64,000 bases of DNA from an uncultured Myxococcales bacterium (GTDB lineage Bacteria; Myxococcota_A; UBA9042), in assembly GCA_903840165.1 (NCBI GenBank), contig CAIMEY010000002.1, positions 56,949-120,948 on the forward strand. The letters run 5' to 3'. The notes under the pieces are model-generated. The model saw only the letters and a list, made by a program, of their open reading frames with translations. It was not told the DNA's origin and ran no database searches. This document shows, in pieces, positions 49,503 through 60,079 of this stretch (position 1 is its first letter; every line of letters starts with the position of its first letter). A program made the position numbers and the translations under genes.

Positions 49503-52500
49503 ATGAGTGACACTCCTAGCATCCTCCGTTGCGGCATTGATCTCGGTTCGACCACCGCCAAAGTTCTTGTGATTGCTTGTGATTCCGAGCAGGTCGTCGC
49601 GCCACAGACCCTATTTAGCACCTACCGCCGCCACGACGCCCGTGTGCGCGAAACACTCATCGATATTTTTGAGGGAATTCGCGCATCGTTGGGGGATGTC
49701 GAGTTGCGCGTGTGCGTCACCGGATCGGCCGGCATGGGCGTTTGCGAGCGGCTCGAACTGCCCTTTGTTCAAGAAGTGGTTGCTGCAGCCGAGGTTGCGC
49801 GTCGCCAGTACCCCCAGGTTCGCACCCTGCTCGACATCGGTGGCGAGGATTCCAAGCTGATTTTGCTCGATGAGCGTGGACGCGCAGACATGCGCATGAA
49901 CGGCAGTTGCGCTGGCGGAACAGGGGCTTTCATTGATCAGATGGCCGTCTTGCTGGGCGTGCCGGTCCACGAATTGGAGTCCTTGGCCCAGCAACGCGAG
50001 CAGATTGTGCCAATTGCCAGTCGTTGCGGGGTGTTCGCCAAGACCGATGTGCAGAATCTGCTGAGTCGATCGGTGCCCAAGGCCGATATTGCGGCCTCTG
50101 TGCTGCACGCCGTCGCGCTGCAGACGGTCAACGCCTTGGCGCGCGCGACCAGCATTTCGGGAAAACTGCTGTTAACGGGCGGACCTTTGACCTTTCTGCC
50201 GACCCTGAGGGCCGAGGCCATCGCTCGGTTCGGGTTGCAGCCAGACGATGTCGTTGAGCTCGAAAATCCAGAGTTATTTTCAGCGCTTGGTGCTGCGCTG
50301 GCTCCGGAAGGCCTGCGTCAACTAACCTCGGTTTCGCACCTCTTGGCGCGTCTGCAGGCTGCCCAGCCCGGTGCCCATGCGCTCACGCAGCGGGAAGCGG
50401 CCTTGTTTAGCGACGTTGCGGAGTTTGAAGCTTGGTCGGCGCAGCGGTTTCATCGCGTCCAGCGAGTCGATGTGCGTGAACTCCACGATACGCCTTGCTA
50501 TTTGGGCATTGATTCGGGCTCAACGACCACCAAGATGGCCCTCATCGACCGTCAAGGCCGCATCGCTTTGCACTGGTACGACTTCAATCAGGGCGATCCG
50601 GTTGGCACCGTGCAGCGCGGATTGCTCCATCTGGACAAGGAGTTGTCGCAGGCCCAGGTTCGGCCGCAATGGGCCGGTACCGCCGTGACGGGCTATGGCG
50701 AAGACCTGGTGCGCAATGTCTTCGGTCTCGACTTGGGACTAGTTGAAACAATAGCGCATTTGCGGGCCGCGCGTGAAATGGTGCCTGAGGTCAGCTTCGT
50801 GCTGGACATCGGCGGCCAGGACATGAAGGCCATGTTCGTCGAGCGGGGCGAGATTCGCGGCATCGACATCAACGAAGCCTGTTCGTCTGGCTGCGGCAGT
50901 TTCCTCCAGACCTTCGCAGAAGTATTGGGTATTCCCATCGCCAGCTTTGCCGAACAGGCGTGTAGTGCCGCCGCGCCCTGCAAGCTGGGGTCGCGCTGCA
51001 CCGTCTTCATGAACTCCCGGGTCAAGCAGTTCCTGCGCGAAGGTGCGACCGTCCAGGACTTGTCCGCCGGCCTGGCGTATTCGGTGGTCCGCAACTGTCT
51101 GGAAAAAGTGTTGCGGATTCACGATATGAGCGTTTTGGGCGACCACATCGTCGTCCAAGGCGGGACCTTTCTCAACCCAGCGATACAACGGGCATTTGAG
51201 CTGCTGACCGGCAAATCGGTGATCTGTCCCGACCTTGCCGGCGTCATCGGCGCTTGGGGCGCTGCCTTGGTCGCGCTGGATCACCAGAGCACCGGCAAGA
51301 TTGTTCATGATTCGCTACGCGATTTGGCCGCCATGGCCGCCATCGGGCCGTGTCGCCGCAATGACTTTGTCTGTCAGGGCTGTGAAAACCTGTGCAACAT
51401 CAGCCGCTTGCGTTTTGATGGCAAGCCGGCCTACTTTTCAGGAAACCGCTGCGAACGCATGCAGTCCAACCGCGGCAACCATGCGATTGCAGGCGTGAAT
51501 CTCGCCAAGCAGCGCGAGGCTCTGCTGTTTCCGCCTGCGCCCAAGGTTGGGCCCGATCCCTTACCGCGAATTCGCGTCGGATTGCCACGGGTGCTCAACC
51601 TGTTTGAGAGCCTGCCCTTCTGGCGTACCTTATTGGATCAACTGGGGTTTGAGGTGGTTCTGTCGGCTCCCTCGACCGTGCGTCTCTACAACCAGGGCAT
51701 TGGCAGCATCATGTCTGACAGTCTGTGCCTGCCGGCCAAGATGGTTCACGGGCATGTACTTGATCTTATAGAACAAAACGTCGACCATATTCTCTATCCT
51801 CAAGTGGTCTATGAGCAGCAGGAATCGCAGACGCTGAGCAGCTTTAACTGCCCCATCGTCACGGGATACCCTGAAGTTATCAAGAGTTCTATCGATCCCG
51901 CCCGGGCGCACGGCATCGCATTGCACACGCCGGTGTTGACCTTTCGCGACGTCCATTTGCTGGCCAAGGCGTGTTGGCAGGCCCTTGAGCCCCTGGGTGC
52001 GCAAAGGTCGCTATTTGACAATGCTTTTTCGATGGGCCTCGCTGAACTCGCGCGCGTGCGCAGCCATCAGACCGCCCAAGGTGAAGCGCTGGTTGCGGAT
52101 GCGGCCGCGCACGGGCGGCGGGTGATTCTGTTGGTTGGCCGGCCTTATCACCTGGATCGCTATATTAATCATGGGATTCCAGACATGCTGGCCGACATGG
52201 GCGTCGATGTCCTGACCACGGAAATGGTGCCGGTGGGGGCCCGCCTTGATGGGCTGCAAGTGCTGACGCAGTGGGCTTTTCCCAATCGGCTGTACCACGC
52301 CGCGCGTTACGCCGCCCAACATCCGCATATTGAAATTGTGCAAATGAATTCATTTGGTTGTGGCCCCGATGCCATGGCCAGCGATGAAATGGCGGCCATC
52401 CTGCGCGAGGTCGGCAAGTCCCTGACCGCCGTACGTATTGATGAGACCGCGAGCCCAGGTTCGATTCGCCTGCGCTTGCGTACCCTGATAGAAACACTAG

Positions 52501-53930
52501 CGATTCGCCCGGCGGATTTCGCGCAGCCCCAAGTCCGTCGCCGGCCGCCGCCCTTTACCGATGCGGACCGCGACCGCCTGATCATTGGACCCAGTTGGTT
52601 TCCGATGCTCGACCGGATGACCGAAGATGCCTTTGCGCACCAGGGGTATCGCCTGCAGATGCTGCCCCCTCCCGATGCGGAGTCGCTGGCCCACGGGTTG
52701 CGCTACGTCAACAATGAAGTGTGTTACCCCGCAATTCTTGTCGTGGGCGATGTGCTAAGAGCTTTGGATTCAGGTCGTTACGGGCAGCGCGTTGCTGTGG
52801 CCATCAGTCAGACCGGCGGGCAGTGTCGGGCTAGTTGCTATGCCAGTTTGCTTGGTAAGGCCTTGATTGCTGCGGGTTATGACGACGTGCCCATCATCAC
52901 CCTGCACATGGGCGATGACGGCATGCACCATCAACCCGGCTTTAAAATCAAGCGCTTGGAGTTTGCGCGGCGAGGCCTCTATTCCATCGTCGTGGCGGAC
53001 GCCTTGGCCATGATGGAACGGGCCATGTTGGTGCGCGAGGAGCTTGGCGGCTCCGGGACGCGATTGGCCAATCATTTTGTAGAGAAGTGGCTGGGCAGCG
53101 ACGTGAGGACGGCCAAACGCTGTGAAGCGCTCCTGGGCGAAGCGGCCCTGGCCTTTGCGCAGTTGCCCATGAAACCAGGACCTTTTCCGAAGATTGGCAT
53201 CGTTGGCGAAATTTACGTCAAGCACTGCGAATTTGCCAACGGCGGCGTGGTTCCATGGCTCGCCCAGCGCGGCGTTGAGGCGATTGTCCCGAATCTGACA
53301 ACGTTTTTCATCCAAAGTGTGATCAATCTGCAGGCCGATGCTGATGCCGGGATTGCCCCCCAAGACTTGACATGGTTTGTCGCAAAACTGCTTGATTTGC
53401 AAACAGATCGCTTCCTGCAACGCATCAATCGCGCCCTGCAGGCCTTTCCCCACACCGTGCCCCTGACACGGCCGCGGCTGTTGGCAAAGAAGGCAAGTCC
53501 TGTGCTTTCATTGACCAATCAGTATGGCGAAGGCTGGCTACTGACCGGCGAAATGGCCGAGCTGGCCGAAGAGGGCATCGATAATATCCTGTGTGTTCAG
53601 CCCTTTGGCTGCATTGCCAATCAGGTTGTCGCCAAGGGCGTTGAAAAGCGGTTGCGCGAACTGCACCCCAATCTCAACGTGCTGTTCATTGACATGGACC
53701 ACAACGTCAGCGAAGCAAACCTCTTTAATCGGTTGCACTTTCTGGTTCGCGGCGCGGAAACGACCTTGGCGGCTCCGGACTGCGATCCTCAGCCTGTGAA
53801 TCTGCCTGTTCCGCAGTCAAAACGGGAGTTTATCGCTCGAGGCGGTGCCATGGCGGCGCAAGCGTTGTGGCATGAGGCCGGCAAGCTTGTGGCGAATCTG
53901 GGCGTGGCGGCCGGGCGCAAAGCGGACTGA
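49503..53930 (+). CDS. 2-hydroxyacyl-CoA dehydratase activase-related fusion protein (two BcrAD/BadFG ATPase domains, DUF2229, dehydratase-like C-terminus)
   Basis: GIDLGSTTAK and GIDSGSTTTK, DIGGED and DIGGQD, MNGSCAGGTG, INEACSSGCG, C-GC-N-C, NSFGCGPD, QPFGC. Confidence 0.92.
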   Translation: MSDTPSILRCGIDLGSTTAKVLVIACDSEQVVAPQTLFSTYRRHDARVRETLIDIFEGIRASLGDVELRVCVTGSAGMGVCERLELPFVQEVVAAAEVARRQYPQVRTLLDIGGEDSKLILLDERGRADMRMNGSCAGGTGAFIDQMAVLLGVPVHELESLAQQREQIVPIASRCGVFAKTDVQNLLSRSVPKADIAASVLHAVALQTVNALARATSISGKLLLTGGPLTFLPTLRAEAIARFGLQPDDVVELENPELFSALGAALAPEGLRQLTSVSHLLARLQAAQPGAHALTQREAALFSDVAEFEAWSAQRFHRVQRVDVRELHDTPCYLGIDSGSTTTKMALIDRQGRIALHWYDFNQGDPVGTVQRGLLHLDKELSQAQVRPQWAGTAVTGYGEDLVRNVFGLDLGLVETIAHLRAAREMVPEVSFVLDIGGQDMKAMFVERGEIRGIDINEACSSGCGSFLQTFAEVLGIPIASFAEQACSAAAPCKLGSRCTVFMNSRVKQFLREGATVQDLSAGLAYSVVRNCLEKVLRIHDMSVLGDHIVVQGGTFLNPAIQRAFELLTGKSVICPDLAGVIGAWGAALVALDHQSTGKIVHDSLRDLAAMAAIGPCRRNDFVCQGCENLCNISRLRFDGKPAYFSGNRCERMQSNRGNHAIAGVNLAKQREALLFPPAPKVGPDPLPRIRVGLPRVLNLFESLPFWRTLLDQLGFEVVLSAPSTVRLYNQGIGSIMSDSLCLPAKMVHGHVLDLIEQNVDHILYPQVVYEQQESQTLSSFNCPIVTGYPEVIKSSIDPARAHGIALHTPVLTFRDVHLLAKACWQALEPLGAQRSLFDNAFSMGLAELARVRSHQTAQGEALVADAAAHGRRVILLVGRPYHLDRYINHGIPDMLADMGVDVLTTEMVPVGARLDGLQVLTQWAFPNRLYHAARYAAQHPHIEIVQMNSFGCGPDAMASDEMAAILREVGKSLTAVRIDETASPGSIRLRLRTLIETLAIRPADFAQPQVRRRPPPFTDADRDRLIIGPSWFPMLDRMTEDAFAHQGYRLQMLPPPDAESLAHGLRYVNNEVCYPAILVVGDVLRALDSGRYGQRVAVAISQTGGQCRASCYASLLGKALIAAGYDDVPIITLHMGDDGMHHQPGFKIKRLEFARRGLYSIVVADALAMMERAMLVREELGGSGTRLANHFVEKWLGSDVRTAKRCEALLGEAALAFAQLPMKPGPFPKIGIVGEIYVKHCEFANGGVVPWLAQRGVEAIVPNLTTFFIQSVINLQADADAGIAPQDLTWFVAKLLDLQTDRFLQRINRALQAFPHTVPLTRPRLLAKKASPVLSLTNQYGEGWLLTGEMAELAEEGIDNILCVQPFGCIANQVVAKGVEKRLRELHPNLNVLFIDMDHNVSEANLFNRLHFLVRGAETTLAAPDCDPQPVNLPVPQSKREFIARGGAMAAQALWHEAGKLVANLGVAAGRKAD

Positions 53931-54004
53931 CCCGCCTGCATCCTTTTGAATATATTGGAAAAAATGCAGATTGCGCGCGAGTTTTGGCAGACGCTGCAAG
54001 ACTA

Positions 54005-54754
54005 TTAGCCGCCTTTGAGCTTGGCGACGGCAGCCTGCAAGCGCTCCTGGGCAGGGGCAGAAAACCAAGTATCCAGCCAGGATTGCGTCTGGTCGCGCAC
54101 CACTGCATCGATGGCTTGGCGGGCCGGCCGGCGCAGGGCGTCCTTGATTTGGCGGAACGCGGGGCTCGCAATGGCGGCCAGTTGCGCAGCCCGGTCAATT
54201 GCTGCGGGCACCAGGTCGGTCGCTGGCAGCAAGCGGTCCACTAGACCAAGGTCTAAGGCAGCCTGCGGACTCACCAATTGTCCTTCCATCGCGATGGGCA
54301 GCCAACTGCGGGCCGGCACCTGTAGGCGCAGTGGTTCAATGACCTCGGGCGGCAAACCTAGGCCCAACTGCGCTTCATTCAAACCGATTTTGCCAGCATC
54401 GTCCGACATCCAGCGCAAATCCGCCTGCAGGGCCAAGACGCAACCGCCGGCGATGGCGTGGCCATTGATCGCGGCCACCACGGGCAGAGGCAGGTCAAAG
54501 ACCCGACGCATCGTCGAACCAAACAGATGCATAAAATCAAGGAGGTAGGCGCGTTCCTGGCCAACCAGCGCAGGCAAGTAGAGCCCGGCGGAGAAGAAAC
54601 GCCCATAGCCCGTGATCACCGCAGCTTGGGCATCACAGGCCTCAAGCTGGTCAAGAAGACCATTGAGATCACGGAGAAAATCGGGGCCAATCGCGTTGGC
54701 CTTGCCGCCATCGAGGGTCAGCACGGCCACAGTCTGGTGTTGGGTCAAACGCAT
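54005..54754 (-). CDS. enoyl-CoA hydratase/isomerase family protein
   Basis: FFSAGL, PVVAAINGHAIAGGCVLAL-AD, IGLNE, ALDLGLVD. Confidence 0.92.
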   Translation of the reverse strand: MRLTQHQTVAVLTLDGGKANAIGPDFLRDLNGLLDQLEACDAQAAVITGYGRFFSAGLYLPALVGQERAYLLDFMHLFGSTMRRVFDLPLPVVAAINGHAIAGGCVLALQADLRWMSDDAGKIGLNEAQLGLGLPPEVIEPLRLQVPARSWLPIAMEGQLVSPQAALDLGLVDRLLPATDLVPAAIDRAAQLAAIASPAFRQIKDALRRPARQAIDAVVRDQTQSWLDTWFSAPAQERLQAAVAKLKGG

Positions 54755-54796
54755 CAGAGGACTCGCTTCGCCGACCCGAGGCCGCCGATGTTGAAG

Positions 54797-55288
54797 CTAC
54801 AGACAGTGAGTAACCAAGCAGTTTGCCAACGCTTTTACCTTGGGCTCAGAGCTAGCGCCCACGCAGCCCGTCCGGCAGGCGAGGTCCTTGCACGTCAAGT
54901 AGCAGTTCACCGCAGCCATGCAGCCGTTGTCGAGGAAGCACGCGGCCGCGTCCATGGGGCACGCCGATTGGGCGCACTGAGTCATGCAACCAGTGTTCGT
55001 TACAGCACAAACGGTGCCTGCGTCTTGGCTGACTTCAATGGCTGCGTCATTGCTGTCGGTCGAAGCGGTGTCGCTGGCGTCCGTGGCGACGGTATCAGAC
55101 GAGGGCGATGTTTCACCTGTAGAATCAGCGGTATTGCTGCCGCCACATGTATTATTGACGCAAGCGTAGCCGGGCGCGCAATCGGCTGTACTTGCGCACC
55201 AATACGTCAAATCGCGTACGGAAACAGCGGACTTGCACGCCGGACTCAGGGCCAGGGCGATGATCAGGGGGAGGAGCGTAGTCTTCAA
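54797..55288 (-). CDS. small Cys-rich lipoprotein
   Basis: GGAGG before TTG 55288, which overlaps the upstream TGA; lipobox LSPAC; CASTADCAPGYAC and C-terminal Cys-helix pattern. Confidence 0.75.
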   Translation of the reverse strand: MKTTLLPLIIALALSPACKSAVSVRDLTYWCASTADCAPGYACVNNTCGGSNTADSTGETSPSSDTVATDASDTASTDSNDAAIEVSQDAGTVCAVTNTGCMTQCAQSACPMDAAACFLDNGCMAAVNCYLTCKDLACRTGCVGASSEPKVKALANCLVTHCL

Positions 55289-56211
55289 AACCGGCCTCCC
55301 AACGCCACGCCCATCGGCGTAGGAGCTAGCCAATAGCCGTGCGATTCTGCATCCCTAGGCGCCGACAAGGCCACTGCAAGACCGACTGCCACGCATGCCA
55401 CGCCGGCCCCGAGCACGACCACGCCAATGGTTTTTTGGCTAGCAATCGCGTCCGCATGGCTGAAAGCGGTCACCTGTGAAATCCCCGTGACCCGGCCTGA
55501 CGTATCTACCTGATTGACTTGACGCTGCAATGTGCTGTCGTCGCGCGTGGCTAAGGCCCAAACGGCGGTTCCGGCCAATGCAGCCGCTGCGCCAGTGCCC
55601 ATGACAGCCCAACCTGCTGTGCGCATAGCGGAATTGCTACTCGTGCTTGGTTTTGGTACCGGCCGATACAGGGGCCGTGGGCTAGGCTCCGTCGCGCGCA
55701 CGTTCAGCGGGTGCGGTTCAAGCGTCTTGGGCGTTTCCGCTGCAACTGGGCGCGGTTCCGTGGCCACCGGCCCGGTGGTAGCCCCAGGCGGCGGTGGCGT
55801 CGCTGTCTCGCGCAGGCGTTGCACCCGTGCGCGCGCTTCCTCGCGGCCGGCGGCGTCCGTCTCGACGGCGATGTAGCGGTCAAAAGCAGCCATGGCTTCT
55901 TGGGCCCGTCCGGCCTGCTCCAAAGCCCTGCCAGCATTGAATAATTGCGCAGGACGAAGGGTCAACTCGAACGCGCGCAAGAATAGCCGTGCCGCCAAGT
56001 CGAAGTCGCCTTCCTTAAAACGCTTGGCAGCCGTTTCTGCAATCGCTGCGCCATCTTTCTCTGCCGCAGTGGCCGTCGTCTTGCCAGGCGCAGCCTCAGC
56101 GGACCGGCCCACTGGTGCTAGGCCCAGGGCCACGGCGAGCGTGGTCAGCAGCGATGCAGCTTGGCGCAGCGACACAGGAGCCAGCGTTGGATGATTGCTC
56201 TTGCCGTTCAA
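55285..56211 (-). CDS. secreted TPR protein with two hydrophobic segments and a C-terminal beta-strand ending in Phe
   Basis: Signal peptide; TPR (F-EGDFDLAARLF...LFNAGRALEQAG); Pro-rich linker; C-terminus GVALGGRF. Confidence 0.8.
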   Translation of the reverse strand: MNGKSNHPTLAPVSLRQAASLLTTLAVALGLAPVGRSAEAAPGKTTATAAEKDGAAIAETAAKRFKEGDFDLAARLFLRAFELTLRPAQLFNAGRALEQAGRAQEAMAAFDRYIAVETDAAGREEARARVQRLRETATPPPPGATTGPVATEPRPVAAETPKTLEPHPLNVRATEPSPRPLYRPVPKPSTSSNSAMRTAGWAVMGTGAAAALAGTAVWALATRDDSTLQRQVNQVDTSGRVTGISQVTAFSHADAIASQKTIGVVVLGAGVACVAVGLAVALSAPRDAESHGYWLAPTPMGVALGGRF

Positions 56212-56501
56212 AGGGTTATTCCGTTGACATCGTGGCCTGCCACCCTAGGCACTGTGTCGCCGCAGAGCATAACCGGCGCAGGCCCAAGGGGCAAGGCGGG
56301 GGCGGAATTGGGGTGCACGCACGCCTCGCCTGGGAGATTCTGTCCGGCCTCGTCCCACCCCAGCGACCCAACGCCCCAAATTCTGGCCTGCAGCCGCGCA
56401 AGATGCTAGACAAGCGCCCGACGTAATTGGGCCTAAGTCCGGTTGCCGTCAACGCCCACGGCCGGCCCCTGCCGCGCCCGCTGCCCGAGTCGGACGAGTC
56501 G

Positions 56502-57371
56502 ATGAAGCTACTGCTGGCCGTTCTTGGTGCCCTGGGCATTTCGTTTGCCGCGATTTTCTTTCGGCTTTCTGGCGTATCGCCCAGCACCGCGGTCTTCTTT
56601 CGCACGCTCTACGCATTGCCCGTGCTATTCTGGCTGGCCCGAGCGCACCCCACGACGCCGCACATCCGCTGGCTGTCTCTGTTTGGCGGCCTTCTTTTTG
56701 GTGTCGATCTGCTGTGTTGGCACGCGGCGATTGAACGCATCGGCGCTGGCTTGGCCACGGTGATGGCCAATACCCAAGTGATTTGGGTCGGTTTGGGCGC
56801 TTGGTTGCTGCAGCGCGAACGTCCACCCACGCGCTATTTGGCCGTGCTGCCGGTGCTCCTGGGCGGCGTGGCCCTGCTGGCTGGCCTGGGAGACCGGCAC
56901 GCCTTTGGCCGCGATCCGTTGGTAGGAACGGCACTTGGACTTGCGGGCGCGGTCACCTATGCGGCCTATCTGCTGGTTCATCGCAAAGCGTGTCGCGGTA
57001 ATTCTTTTCCCATTGCGCAGTTGCGCGACGCGACGATTGGGATTTGCGTGATGTCGTTGCTGGCCGGTCTGCTGCTCGACCCTGGCTTTGCTCCGGTGCC
57101 GACCTGGCCGGCCCACGGCTGGCTCTTGGTCCTGGCGCTGGTCGTGCAAGTGCTCGCATGGCTTGCGCTTTCGGTCGCGCTACCTCAGCTCGGTGCCGTG
57201 CAGGGCAGTACCATCTTGCTGCTACAGCCGACGGGCACGCTGATTTGGGCGGGCCTGCTGTTTAGCGAGGCACCGTCGCAGCGGCAGTGGCTGGGGGCTG
57301 TGCTCGTGTTTCTCGGCGTAATTGCAGTGCAATGGCCGCGTTCGCCGGCCGTGAGCGCAGGCAAAGGCTAG
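56502..57371 (+). CDS. DMT/EamA family transporter
   Basis: About 10 TM segments, two EamA halves (GAGLAT-x4-Q...ERP; LLLQP...FSEAP...GA-LV-LG). Confidence 0.9.
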   Translation: MKLLLAVLGALGISFAAIFFRLSGVSPSTAVFFRTLYALPVLFWLARAHPTTPHIRWLSLFGGLLFGVDLLCWHAAIERIGAGLATVMANTQVIWVGLGAWLLQRERPPTRYLAVLPVLLGGVALLAGLGDRHAFGRDPLVGTALGLAGAVTYAAYLLVHRKACRGNSFPIAQLRDATIGICVMSLLAGLLLDPGFAPVPTWPAHGWLLVLALVVQVLAWLALSVALPQLGAVQGSTILLLQPTGTLIWAGLLFSEAPSQRQWLGAVLVFLGVIAVQWPRSPAVSAGKG

Positions 57372-57389
57372 GGCGGGTCGGCCCAATCG

Positions 57390-59831
57390 CTACGGGACAG
57401 CCGGCGTGTTGGCCGCGTCGACAAAGGCGCGACACTGCTGACCGCGCAGGGACGGACATGCAGGTATCGCAGCCGTGACAGGCAGTTGCGCACCACTAAT
57501 GACCGGCAGTGCGACGCTGGACGGGTAATCCGCCGCGTGCGCCACATCATAACTCACCGGATGCGGCCAAGTTTTCAGGCTAAAGCGCCAAGACGCACGG
57601 CTATCTCCGGGCGTATCGATGGCAATGCGAATCCGCGCACCTTTGCGAAAGACGTGGCCAAAACCGGCAATCGCCACGCGCACTTTGGTCCATTGCCCAA
57701 CCACCAGCGGCGCCGTATCGCTTTGTTCCAAGGATGGCTCGGGCCACAGGTCCGTCGCTGCAGCCGTCAGCTTGCGAAAACTTGCGCGTAACCAACCACT
57801 TTGGACGTAGCGTTCCTGCCCATCGGCGCGGACTTCGGTGAGGTTGACCTCGAGGTCGGCATCGGTGACATCGGCTGCAAGGCTGCGAATCCAAAAGTCA
57901 ACGCTGCCGGTGCCCATCATGATGACGTCCTTGTCCAGGGGCGCTGACGTAAAGGCGACCTCATTGCCTTTGGGCGGAACCAGCCAATTGTAATCGGGAA
58001 GTCCCAGCCACAGGTTGCCCTTGTCACCCAGGATGCCACGATCGCCAGCGGTTGGGTCGAGCAGGAAGGTCGACGCGGCCTCTTTGACCACCGGCGCTGC
58101 GTCGCCCAGGGAGCCATCTGGCTGGAAATACCAACGCTGGAGCGCAGTTTCCTTGGGCGGCCACTGGCTAAACTGCAGCGCAAAGTTGTCATGCGGCGTG
58201 CCGATGGGGTCGGTGGCGCCGTCCTCAAAATGCGCTGTAAGTTCAGGTTCTGCCTCCCATTTGGCCTTGGCCTGTTCCCAAGTCGTGACGCTGCCCCATC
58301 GGCTCGGCGGAAGCGGCAGGGAGGCGCCAAAGACTTGCGAACTCAGCTGCGGCGCAAGGAGTGTCATAATTCCGGCGACTTTAGGGACGTCATGGGCGAC
58401 GTAAATATCCAGAAACGCCTTCCACTCCACCAGCACCTGCGGCGCAAAACCGTCTGAATGTACGCCATTGTACACGGTAAAGCGCCGGCTGGGCGCGCCC
58501 GAGAACTTGTCCAGCAGCGTCACAAAGAAGGGCCCCGTCTGCTCGTCCTGCCAAGCCCCAGCCAGAAACACCGGCACCTGGATCTGGTCCACCCACTTGG
58601 TCGGGTTGAGCGGGTCGATGGTCGCGGCGTTGTAGTAGGCGATATTCTTGGCTTGGTCGACGTTATTGACCCGACAATCGTGCATCAACTGATTTTCCTT
58701 GCAGATCATGTCGCCGCCATCGACGCGCGCCTGCTCCCAACCTTGGCCATAAGGCGCGGCCCGGCTGTAGACCATGTCGATCCAGCTGAGCGCAAAGCCA
58801 CTATTGAGGATGCCACCTGGCACCAGCGTCGTCGCCGTGTTGCCGATGACACTCAGGGGCGTAATCGCGGCAAGGCTCGGCGGTTGCGTCTTGGCAACAA
58901 ACAGTTGCGTAATGCCAGGATAGGACAGGCCCGTCATCCCCACCTTGTGAAACTTAGCCCAAGGCTGGGCAGCGACGGTCTCAACAATGTCATAGCCATC
59001 AAGCAGTTGCATCTGTTCGAAGTAGTCGTACGCGCCGCCGGAGCAGCCCGTGCCCCGGATATTGACGCTGACCGTGGCATAACCTAGTACTGCCGCGAAC
59101 ATAGCGGTCGGGTCGGACGGCGCATTGCACAATACCGGAAAGCTGTCGCACAAGTAGGCAAGGTCGCCGCTGACCACCGGCTGCCCGGGTCGGCCAGGGT
59201 CATACCCTGAGTAATTCACAATCGTTGGGTAGGGTCCGGCGTCGGCTGGACCAGGCAAAGTGCAAAAATAGGCCAGCGTGGTGCCATCGCGGGTTGTAAG
59301 GTAACCGTTGCCGGGCGCTATGTTTTGACCGGCGTAGAAGGATTGAGGTGGCTGGCTGAGGGCTGCGCTGATCACCTTGACTTGGTTGGAGTTTCTCGCC
59401 GGCGAGAGGTCGGTTTGCCACACGCGGTAGATGCCGGGGCTGACCTTGCGAAAGACGTAACTGCCGAGGTGATCAGCCACAGCGGTCGCAAATGCCTTTT
59501 GGCTTGCATCATCCCGAAGTTCCAGCGATTCTCCGGGCGAGGCATGGGTGACAAAGACCTGCTCCACGCCGCCGCGCACCGTCAATGTGGAGTCCCCAGG
59601 CGGCGCGACCACGACATCGGCCGAGTTCGCGTCGGCAGAGCTTGTGTCCGCCCCCGCCGTATCGGCTGAGGATGTGGCATCGGCGGCCGCGTCGGCACTG
59701 TCCAATGTCGAACCATTATCTGCAGTTGTCGTGCCGTCGACTTGAGTGCCGGCGTCGGCCGGGGCCGCGCTACTGCCGCACCCGCTGAGGATGATGTAGG
59801 GCAAGATGCAGCAGAATGCCTGTAATTTCAT
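57390..59831 (-). CDS. CocE/NonD family alpha/beta hydrolase lipoprotein
   Basis: Lipobox LSGC; TTRDGT-L, GPYPT, RGTGCSGG, nucleophile GLSYPG, GWLRAS, C-terminal PepX_C-like region. Confidence 0.9.
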   Translation of the reverse strand: MKLQAFCCILPYIILSGCGSSAAPADAGTQVDGTTTADNGSTLDSADAAADATSSADTAGADTSSADANSADVVVAPPGDSTLTVRGGVEQVFVTHASPGESLELRDDASQKAFATAVADHLGSYVFRKVSPGIYRVWQTDLSPARNSNQVKVISAALSQPPQSFYAGQNIAPGNGYLTTRDGTTLAYFCTLPGPADAGPYPTIVNYSGYDPGRPGQPVVSGDLAYLCDSFPVLCNAPSDPTAMFAAVLGYATVSVNIRGTGCSGGAYDYFEQMQLLDGYDIVETVAAQPWAKFHKVGMTGLSYPGITQLFVAKTQPPSLAAITPLSVIGNTATTLVPGGILNSGFALSWIDMVYSRAAPYGQGWEQARVDGGDMICKENQLMHDCRVNNVDQAKNIAYYNAATIDPLNPTKWVDQIQVPVFLAGAWQDEQTGPFFVTLLDKFSGAPSRRFTVYNGVHSDGFAPQVLVEWKAFLDIYVAHDVPKVAGIMTLLAPQLSSQVFGASLPLPPSRWGSVTTWEQAKAKWEAEPELTAHFEDGATDPIGTPHDNFALQFSQWPPKETALQRWYFQPDGSLGDAAPVVKEAASTFLLDPTAGDRGILGDKGNLWLGLPDYNWLVPPKGNEVAFTSAPLDKDVIMMGTGSVDFWIRSLAADVTDADLEVNLTEVRADGQERYVQSGWLRASFRKLTAAATDLWPEPSLEQSDTAPLVVGQWTKVRVAIAGFGHVFRKGARIRIAIDTPGDSRASWRFSLKTWPHPVSYDVAHAADYPSSVALPVISGAQLPVTAAIPACPSLRGQQCRAFVDAANTPAVP

Positions 59832-60079
59832 GATGGTTTCTCAGTGACGGCAGGGGCTGCGCCGCGGGGAGCAGCAGCAGCGGTGGGGAATGCGTAGGAC
59901 GATTCTGCGCCTGGACCGGCTCTGTGAAAAGCGTTGTTATTTAGCGTGTTTGCTGCGCCTTTGCGGGCGGATTGTCGTTCCGGCTGGGGCCTTGCAGCAA
60001 GGTGCAAAGCGCGCCGGGTGTCCCCTCTCGATACCATGCCGGACCGGGGGCGGTCAAATGCTGTGCAATGCCGCTGCAA

